64,000 bases of DNA, taken from IMG/VR virus record IMGVR_UViG_3300033153_013547, positions 124,001 through 188,000 of that record; one strand, given 5' to 3'. Both the position numbers and the translations under genes were made by a program. The notes below the pieces were generated by a model that saw nothing but the letters and a program-made list of their open reading frames with translations, was not told where the DNA came from and did not search any database. Below, one piece after another: positions 57,104 through 64,000 of the stretch. Each line of letters opens with the position of its first letter. Within the stretch, counting starts at the first letter, position 1.

Positions 57104-60100
57104 ATGAAAATATTTCGTGGACAATCGTTTGAAGAATACATAAATGGACTGGTAACCATTGTAGAAAACTCCACAAACACTGCTGATTCATTAGATAGAC
57201 TAGCACAGACATTTAATTGGAAGGCAGAATCAATGCTGAACGCTGCCAGACAAGCCTATGCAGATGCCACCAAATCTTCAGGGCGTTTATTTGCTGATTT
57301 TGGGATAACCAATCCATTAGAAACAGATCCAAAATTTTACATTCCGCAAGAAACGAGTTCCATTATTCAAGTGCCCCGCACCATGGTCTATGAATCTGGC
57401 GTTCTCAAAAACGCACCATTGACATCTGTTAGTAGAACTCATATAGGGGATCAAATAACAGCCAGTGCAACGGTCTTATCGTCTACAGGCAATATTTCTT
57501 ACCTAACCAACCCAGACGAAATGTTTTTAGAGAATCTTTGGGTGGGAGAAATATTTAGTAACGAAGAAATAACCATAGAACCATCATGGTTGCCCGAAGG
57601 AATATACCAAGAAAAATCCGTTTCTGGTGCTATCATAGCGTTACACATTAGTTTATCAAATATAACTAACTTCAATGAAATATATTTGAATCCATTTACA
57701 TCCATGGTGTTGATCGACATTGTCTTACACGGAAACAATGGCAAATCCGTAAGCATTCTTGATAGAAGTGAATTTATTGAACTCAATGGTCCTACAACTA
57801 TAAACATACCAAGAACTTCTGTAAGCACTATCGACGATATAACGAGCTCATATGGTATAATAGGCAATGATGGAGCAATAGCACATTCAATTACTCTATA
57901 TTTGTCTCAACCTAATTATTCTGTTGTAACCACAGCACTTGCTGCAAATGATCAGATTAGCAACATCAATCTTACCAATCTACTATATGAAATGCTCAAC
58001 TACAAGCCAACTAGCAATCTTGTTTTTGATCATTCCAAGCCATGGTCAGAGCCAATTGAAAGATTTGATGCCGATATCAAACAACATGTTACGGAATTGG
58101 GAGACACATCTGGAGCCACCCTAAAAAGAGCCATTGATAATGCAATAACCAAGTCTGGAGATAATCAATTAAAATATCAGTTTGGGTTTTACAGCATAGA
58201 TGTAAAAAACTCAATAAGAACAGCCTCTGGAGCAGCCCTACTAAAACCAATTGCTTATGAAGAAAACATTAGATATATGAATCCAATCTTTGATTTTGAT
58301 TGCTATGACGGGCTGACATATAATATTGGATCCATGACCCAAGAACTGAAAGATGAATTAGATAGGGCATTTACCATTAAATCTACTTCATATTTTGGCA
58401 ATGATCTGGTCTTAATAAAAACAGTCAAACCAATAACCAAATCAGTTGTTAGTAATCTCTCTGTGCAGCCTATAGATGTAAAATATACAACAGATTACAT
58501 TTCCACTTTTATTTCTGTTGATGACAATACATTTGGAAACAAGATAGATCCTTCGCATGACATTTTTATTTTTTCAGAAGCATCTATTCGCAGTAATCCA
58601 AAACTAGTCAATTTCCTGTTAGAGGATGGATCATTCAATACCGTTTATAACAACCACCTTACAGAATGCTTGGTAGATTTTGAATACATGGTTACAGATG
58701 CAGATGGTCTTGGGATCTCTCCCAAAAACTTTGCTTATCAACTTGTATCAGACGATCTAGGGCAAGATTTTCACTGCACTATAAAATACATGCCAGACCG
58801 TGGGCTTTCTTCCGTTAGAAATTTCGTAACCAGCACGTATAAAACAGCAAGCAAAACAAAATATCTTGAAGTTCAATTTATGTTGAATTACATGATGGGA
58901 AGTTCTGTGAGAATTAGATTATTCAACATAGGCTACAATGGCAAATCATATGAGATTCCTTGTAACACAACATCTGACAACAAACTAATTCGTTTGTTGG
59001 CTGATATTACCAATACTGACATAAACAAAATATACGTAACAATTGACTATTTAGACGAAGATAAACGCACGCTCTATACAATAAAGACCAAAACAACGTC
59101 ATCCTTTGGGGCATTATACGAAATTGAATTATTTGTTCCCAAAGAAAATAAAAGAGTGATAAGTCAATTTAGGTGTGAAACAGGCAGAAGATTCAAATTC
59201 ACCTGTTCTAAATTTGGTAATCATATTTTTGTATATGTAAATGATCAATCAGTGTCTGGATATTACTTCAATAGTCTAGAAGATAGAGTAATCAATCCTG
59301 TTGATACAAATAAACAACCTAATAGCGCGGCAGTTCTAAACGATGCAACAGCAGCCTTGGCAACTGATGATGGAGTTCTGTCTTCGATCAAATATACGGA
59401 TACAAATATTATTACAATATCGTCATTAACACCTAATCGAACTGAAATATTTGATAAGTTAGATGACGATAACACAATTACGCTTGGTAGCCCAGTATTT
59501 GTTGATCACGATTTATTGGCATCTACCAAGCTCAATCCAAATGAGTTGGTTGATGGTAAAATACCTCACCCCCTCGTTGTCGAATTTATTGACAATACGG
59601 CAGACAACACAACTATTGTCATGGCAGATCATCATGCAGAAGAATATTATTCAGAAGCCATTAACAAATCAATCCCAAGCAACAAGACAATATCACTAAT
59701 AAAGCTGTCAGCCAACTCATTTCAGTTTCCTCATTCTAAGATTGGGAAGGGAAATATAATAATTAATGTATCTGTAGGCAAACAATCTGCTACCATTGAA
59801 CAAAGCACTATTTCTAATCTGCCAGCAAGTAATATACCAAATGAACAGGGCAACACGTTTGTAACAATACGTGGTGGGGGAATTATTGAAATGGATCCTT
59901 ATTCTGTCAATTATAGCATCAATTTCAATAATAGCACCATTACATTCACAGATTATTTTATCAGTAAAGTAGAGTCCATTGTCACAGTAGATGCTTCCTA
60001 TACTTATAGTGATAGTAAGGCAATAACTATTCAAAGACAGACTCCTTATACCAGGAATATTACTCATTATTTTGACAAAACACAAACTACACTGAAGCCC

Positions 60101-60307
60101 TATAGCACAGATTATCCTGTTTATGAATACCTGCACTTTGGACAAACCATAAAGTTTGCCCAACCTTTGCCACCTAATATCAAGGTAAAGGTGCTGTATC
60201 CTTCTTATGGCAATAACGTAAGGCTGGGTTTTATTACCCACGATAGAAATGCATCTATTAGCTCAGTAGATGCTCTTGTTGTTACAGAAAAGAAGCACAA
60301 GATGTAA
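57104..60307 (+). CDS. Large hypothetical virion structural protein
   Basis: 1067-aa ORF starting one base after the upstream stop; beta-rich. Confidence 0.5.
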   Translation: MKIFRGQSFEEYINGLVTIVENSTNTADSLDRLAQTFNWKAESMLNAARQAYADATKSSGRLFADFGITNPLETDPKFYIPQETSSIIQVPRTMVYESGVLKNAPLTSVSRTHIGDQITASATVLSSTGNISYLTNPDEMFLENLWVGEIFSNEEITIEPSWLPEGIYQEKSVSGAIIALHISLSNITNFNEIYLNPFTSMVLIDIVLHGNNGKSVSILDRSEFIELNGPTTINIPRTSVSTIDDITSSYGIIGNDGAIAHSITLYLSQPNYSVVTTALAANDQISNINLTNLLYEMLNYKPTSNLVFDHSKPWSEPIERFDADIKQHVTELGDTSGATLKRAIDNAITKSGDNQLKYQFGFYSIDVKNSIRTASGAALLKPIAYEENIRYMNPIFDFDCYDGLTYNIGSMTQELKDELDRAFTIKSTSYFGNDLVLIKTVKPITKSVVSNLSVQPIDVKYTTDYISTFISVDDNTFGNKIDPSHDIFIFSEASIRSNPKLVNFLLEDGSFNTVYNNHLTECLVDFEYMVTDADGLGISPKNFAYQLVSDDLGQDFHCTIKYMPDRGLSSVRNFVTSTYKTASKTKYLEVQFMLNYMMGSSVRIRLFNIGYNGKSYEIPCNTTSDNKLIRLLADITNTDINKIYVTIDYLDEDKRTLYTIKTKTTSSFGALYEIELFVPKENKRVISQFRCETGRRFKFTCSKFGNHIFVYVNDQSVSGYYFNSLEDRVINPVDTNKQPNSAAVLNDATAALATDDGVLSSIKYTDTNIITISSLTPNRTEIFDKLDDDNTITLGSPVFVDHDLLASTKLNPNELVDGKIPHPLVVEFIDNTADNTTIVMADHHAEEYYSEAINKSIPSNKTISLIKLSANSFQFPHSKIGKGNIIINVSVGKQSATIEQSTISNLPASNIPNEQGNTFVTIRGGGIIEMDPYSVNYSINFNNSTITFTDYFISKVESIVTVDASYTYSDSKAITIQRQTPYTRNITHYFDKTQTTLKPYSTDYPVYEYLHFGQTIKFAQPLPPNIKVKVLYPSYGNNVRLGFITHDRNASISSVDALVVTEKKHKM

Positions 60308-60312
60308 CTAAC

Positions 60313-62151
60313 ATGATTGAATATAAATTATTATATCAGATACTCAACAATATAAAGTCTTCTATTACAGAAGATCAAGCAATGCCAGCTACAATACAAA
60401 ATGATCTAACCAGTTTTGTTAGCAAACTATGTGATAATCAGGCTATTTTTGATGGTGTTCATTATGGCGAATTACCAACAATAGGTCCACTAACAACTAC
60501 CAGTGATGGACTGAACGGCAACTATAATTCAATACAATTGTTAGATGCAAATAGTAAAGAAATTGCATCATCTGGTGTTTTAGATGGCATGTTATCTAAT
60601 ATCAGGCAAATTGCCCAAAATATCATAGATGCAAACACTCTTATTATAGAAGACAGCAATGAGATACAAATCAGTTTACATAGCTGGCAAATGATAGAAG
60701 CAGACTTGAGCAAAGGATATAGCCAAACAGCAACAGGCTGTTGTCTTGGTCATTTAGATGAATATGTTCTGAAGGGCATGTCCTCTATTTCTGAGTTTCA
60801 GATATCAGGCAATGGTGATCCAGGTAATTGTAGAGAATTGATCAATAACAAATATATCGGCAACGTTTGGGACGATCCACTGGTTCTATTTGACGATAAT
60901 TATGATACAATATTCTCATACGAATTGTGCAAATTAGATGAACACATCAATGTGTCAACCAAGTCCTCTACAACATTTAGTGGTAATATTGTTGGTACCA
61001 ATTCACTATTAGGCAAGTACGAAATATCTGAAAATGGCAGACCAATCAAACTAACAGATTTTGTGGGTAAAACAGGGGGATTTGCCAATGGCACCAAATA
61101 TTCTGGACTCAATCTGTCTTGGTCCAGAAATCCATCAAAGAATTCCCGTGATTTGATCGGTAACATTGTCGGCACGACCAAGGATGATGGGCTCTATCTT
61201 ACCATAGAATGTCAACTCCGTAATGCCACTCGTGCTGAGAATCTTGTGATAACTGGCGTTTTAGTTAGAGAACTCCAATGTATTCCAGAACTATATGACG
61301 TGGAAATCAATGGATTCAAAATTTCTTTATCCAATATTCAATATCAATTGACTAATCAAGATGTAGGGCCCGATGTATGGGCCATCAGCATTCCTGTCTC
61401 TCTAAATACCCAAGAACCAATTGGCCGCTTCAAAATCACTTTTGTCCAAAAATATTCATACCAATCACAATTGGCTTATGCCTATTTGCGCGGCGATTAT
61501 TCAATGCAAATAGGATCAGAATTGGATAAATCTAATCCTAGCAAGGGACTTAGATTCTCCGTATATTACGACAATAAATTTAATCAATATGGCCGTAGAG
61601 CAACATTTCAGAATGCGCCTGATGTTGACTATTTTGCCACAGAACTGGGGTCATATATGGACGACATAACAACACTTGGCACAGAAGACGCAAGATTCGC
61701 CGTTGATTTCAATATGCAGAAATCTACATATTCTTCAGGAATTATGCCCCTTCCTGGCACAAAACATTCTATTATTCTTAGTGAAATTCAGTTGATCAAT
61801 AGAAGATATGTAGAAAAAGCACTAATCACCACCATACCTGTAGATGTTTCATCTTACAAGGAAATATCTATCAATGTTGATGACCATATACCATCAGAAA
61901 TTGTAGGCAACATACAGCACCCCATTAAATATTACATCAAATCAGATGCTAACATTTACCCAATATTACCAATAAATAGGAGCTATTCATATAGGGGTAA
62001 GCAAAGATATGCTGTTGGACAAGGACTCATGGGAGATATCAATCCTTCTGATGGTACAATATCTATAGTTATTGAAATACAAAGACCCAGTGGGACGTCT
62101 TTTGCTACTTATAGTCCATATGTAAAGTATGTAACTATTGGAGGATTTTAG
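60313..62151 (+). CDS. Hypothetical virion structural protein
   Basis: 612-aa ORF with a helical N-terminus and beta-rich remainder, in the same operon. Confidence 0.5.
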   Translation: MIEYKLLYQILNNIKSSITEDQAMPATIQNDLTSFVSKLCDNQAIFDGVHYGELPTIGPLTTTSDGLNGNYNSIQLLDANSKEIASSGVLDGMLSNIRQIAQNIIDANTLIIEDSNEIQISLHSWQMIEADLSKGYSQTATGCCLGHLDEYVLKGMSSISEFQISGNGDPGNCRELINNKYIGNVWDDPLVLFDDNYDTIFSYELCKLDEHINVSTKSSTTFSGNIVGTNSLLGKYEISENGRPIKLTDFVGKTGGFANGTKYSGLNLSWSRNPSKNSRDLIGNIVGTTKDDGLYLTIECQLRNATRAENLVITGVLVRELQCIPELYDVEINGFKISLSNIQYQLTNQDVGPDVWAISIPVSLNTQEPIGRFKITFVQKYSYQSQLAYAYLRGDYSMQIGSELDKSNPSKGLRFSVYYDNKFNQYGRRATFQNAPDVDYFATELGSYMDDITTLGTEDARFAVDFNMQKSTYSSGIMPLPGTKHSIILSEIQLINRRYVEKALITTIPVDVSSYKEISINVDDHIPSEIVGNIQHPIKYYIKSDANIYPILPINRSYSYRGKQRYAVGQGLMGDINPSDGTISIVIEIQRPSGTSFATYSPYVKYVTIGGF

Positions 62152-62157
62152 CAGCCA

Positions 62158-64000
62158 ATGGGTGAAAGAGATAAGCATGCCAATTTTCTATTACGTAAAT
62201 CTGCAGAACTTGGTGCAACCCTTGATCTTGACAATATGTTTGACAAAGAACCTGCAGATAATCTTGCAGACACACTGCCTTCTATAAAATCCAATGAACA
62301 ATCCTCTCCTGAAAAAATAAATACCATACTGCATAAATTGTGTCGTAGATCCTCAGATGTCCACTTTGATTCCAAAGAATCATATAGATCTATTCTCATG
62401 ACCTTTTTGCGCACACAATATGTGTTGAATTCGATTACTGACAAACTTTCTAGTCTAGCTGTTCAAACATCTAATGTTACAACGGTAGATTTCCCATCAT
62501 ATGGCACGGAAATTGCGTCTAATGGCATAATAAGCCATAATAAAAAACTAATAATGTCAGGATATGATGTTATATATAGAGACACCCCAATCTTGTCAAA
62601 TATAAAGCCAATCATTGGCAACGTGACATCCAGTGATATTGGCTCTGGTTATTTTACCACAACACTAAGCTCCACCATACAAACCAGGCTTGCTGGATCA
62701 GTTAGCATAACAACACATAAGCCAATCAATTATTTAGAAATTGAGCTGATCAATCCAGATGTGTCAGTAAGCATATCTGATTCTACAGGCCATCCAATAG
62801 AATTCGTAAAATCAGGATACCATATTTTTTGCTTAAACATATTGGATGCAGGAACATATTCAATGACCATTCAGTGTTCTCCCACCAAAATGAGAAATGA
62901 ATATGTAGGCATTATAGGCATAAAAAATATCAAAACATCCATGGTCAAATATGACAAAACCAATTCATTTGACTTTTGGATACTCAACAACAACTCTGGC
63001 ATCTATGCCTCCTCAATTACAATACTGAATGAAGGTGTTGTTTCTAATAATAACAATAGCATTCTCATAAATATTCATTTGCCAGATATAGTAGATGAAG
63101 ATATAGTAGCATTACCTAATCAAACCATTAAATTGTATCACAATATTGGATATGAACCCACAATAACTTTAGACACAGACATATACAATTCCAAATACAA
63201 TGTTAATACATTTAGTAACAAGCAAGATATATACAGACACCAGTGGTCTTTGCCTGCAGATTATCCTACTGGATATCCAGCAATAGAATTTACAAAGATC
63301 ATCCCAAGCAGTGGTAGGTGTCTGACTACCCACATGCAAAGCGAAACGGCTGTTGATTTTGATCCTACTTCGATAGATTGGTCAGATGATTCTATTGAAT
63401 CTCGAAGCTTGTTCGGTCATATTCGACAAGAATTCAAATCAGACGATAAGCTCTTTGGTGACGCTGTATTATTTTACATACATAGCCCTTCAGAAGAGTA
63501 TATCAGTTCAAATATCATTGTAACCAATTGTTCTTGTAATGTGTATATCAACGATGAACTAACATCTAGTGCATCATGCAATGATACAACCATTCCAATG
63601 AGTATTGCTGCCAGGATGAAAAAAGACACAATGAACAAGGTTATTATTATGACATCCTATAACTCTACAACTCCTGGAACATCAGAAGTCGACATAAGTG
63701 ACTTCATCAAAATATTTACGGATGATGACAAATATATTGTATCATCACAGCCAGATTTTATCAAACCAATTCCTTTTTACGAATTCATAATCAATACTTA
63801 TCAAGATTCTACTAAATATTGTGGATACAAGATCACAGATGATCGCAAGTTGCAACTATTCTTTAGGCCCGACAGCCTAATTGCTACGAAGCTTCGCATT
63901 GCTTATTATAAGCACCCAATAAAAACAGCAACCATCAATATCGTTATGGACAAAACGTCAAAAGATATTGGCTACGATGATCAATTAAGCAACAACACTG
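62158..64000 (+). CDS. Hypothetical structural protein, 3' partial (absent from the supplied ORF track)
   Basis: ATG at 62158 with GGAGG at 62140-62144. I read the frame (MGERDKHANFLLRKSAELG...) as open to the window end, about 614 codons. Confidence 0.75.
   Translation, partial: MGERDKHANFLLRKSAELGATLDLDNMFDKEPADNLADTLPSIKSNEQSSPEKINTILHKLCRRSSDVHFDSKESYRSILMTFLRTQYVLNSITDKLSSLAVQTSNVTTVDFPSYGTEIASNGIISHNKKLIMSGYDVIYRDTPILSNIKPIIGNVTSSDIGSGYFTTTLSSTIQTRLAGSVSITTHKPINYLEIELINPDVSVSISDSTGHPIEFVKSGYHIFCLNILDAGTYSMTIQCSPTKMRNEYVGIIGIKNIKTSMVKYDKTNSFDFWILNNNSGIYASSITILNEGVVSNNNNSILINIHLPDIVDEDIVALPNQTIKLYHNIGYEPTITLDTDIYNSKYNVNTFSNKQDIYRHQWSLPADYPTGYPAIEFTKIIPSSGRCLTTHMQSETAVDFDPTSIDWSDDSIESRSLFGHIRQEFKSDDKLFGDAVLFYIHSPSEEYISSNIIVTNCSCNVYINDELTSSASCNDTTIPMSIAARMKKDTMNKVIIMTSYNSTTPGTSEVDISDFIKIFTDDDKYIVSSQPDFIKPIPFYEFIINTYQDSTKYCGYKITDDRKLQLFFRPDSLIATKLRIAYYKHPIKTATINIVMDKTSKDIGYDDQLSNNT

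Larger units (their letters stand above)
1..64000 (+). mobile_element. Virion structural module of a large contractile-tailed phage or prophage (head, neck, tail, baseplate)
   Basis: All long ORFs are on the + strand, abutting or overlapping (TAATG/ATGA junctions), in canonical head-neck-sheath-tube-chaperone-tape measure-hub-spike-wedge order. The capsid gene argues against a tailocin/eCIS. GGAGG-type Shine-Dalgarno sites and peptidoglycan hydrolase domains point to a bacterial host. Confidence 0.95.

Noticed and set aside
285-62444. Many short minus-strand and alternate-frame ORFs in the track (e.g. 25907-26536, 28450-29031, 30742-31245, 59717-60241)
   Set aside because: All lie inside long plus-strand genes, have S/L/I-biased shadow composition and no recognisable motifs.
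1-64000. Stop-codon reassignment, as seen in some large phages
   Set aside because: Standard code yields uninterrupted ORFs up to 2641 aa, and TAG and TGA both end genes at tight junctions.
1-64000. CRISPR array, tRNA, rRNA, intein, group I intron or DGR template/variable repeat pair
   Set aside because: No regularly spaced repeat-spacer units, cloverleaf or splice-junction motifs, and no long adenine-mismatched duplicate, were seen by eye; the only repeats found are short in-frame tandem ones. A computational scan was not possible.

Overview
The whole window is one plus-strand, tightly packed virion-morphogenesis region of a large contractile-tailed (myovirus-type) bacteriophage or prophage, read in the standard genetic code. 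Gene order: scaffold C-terminus (partial), head decoration protein, HK97-type major capsid protein, neck genes, a truncated sheath paralogue, tail terminator, tail sheath, three tube-family paralogues, a tail assembly chaperone pair joined by a predicted -1 frameshift, and a tape-measure-position protein. Next come two very large non-tail proteins, a 2641-aa baseplate hub with lysozyme and M15 peptidase domains, a spike, gp25-like, J-like and gpI-like baseplate genes, and a run of large orphan baseplate/appendage proteins that continues past the window end. The most notable part is the cassette between the chaperones and the hub (16543-32332). The tape-measure protein carries a PD-(D/E)XK nuclease and a degenerate SNase-like domain, and the next protein carries DEDDh exonuclease motifs. 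The third (1858 aa) has the motifs of a complete two-barrel RNA polymerase in one chain: beta'-like barrel (NADYDGD), bridge helix and trigger loop first, then a beta-like barrel (GDK..KG). That order is the reverse of the single-chain enzymes I know. The DNA also shows a sharp mosaic of CG-free and CG-rich patches. All family assignments are by-eye motif and synteny recognition; no database search was run.
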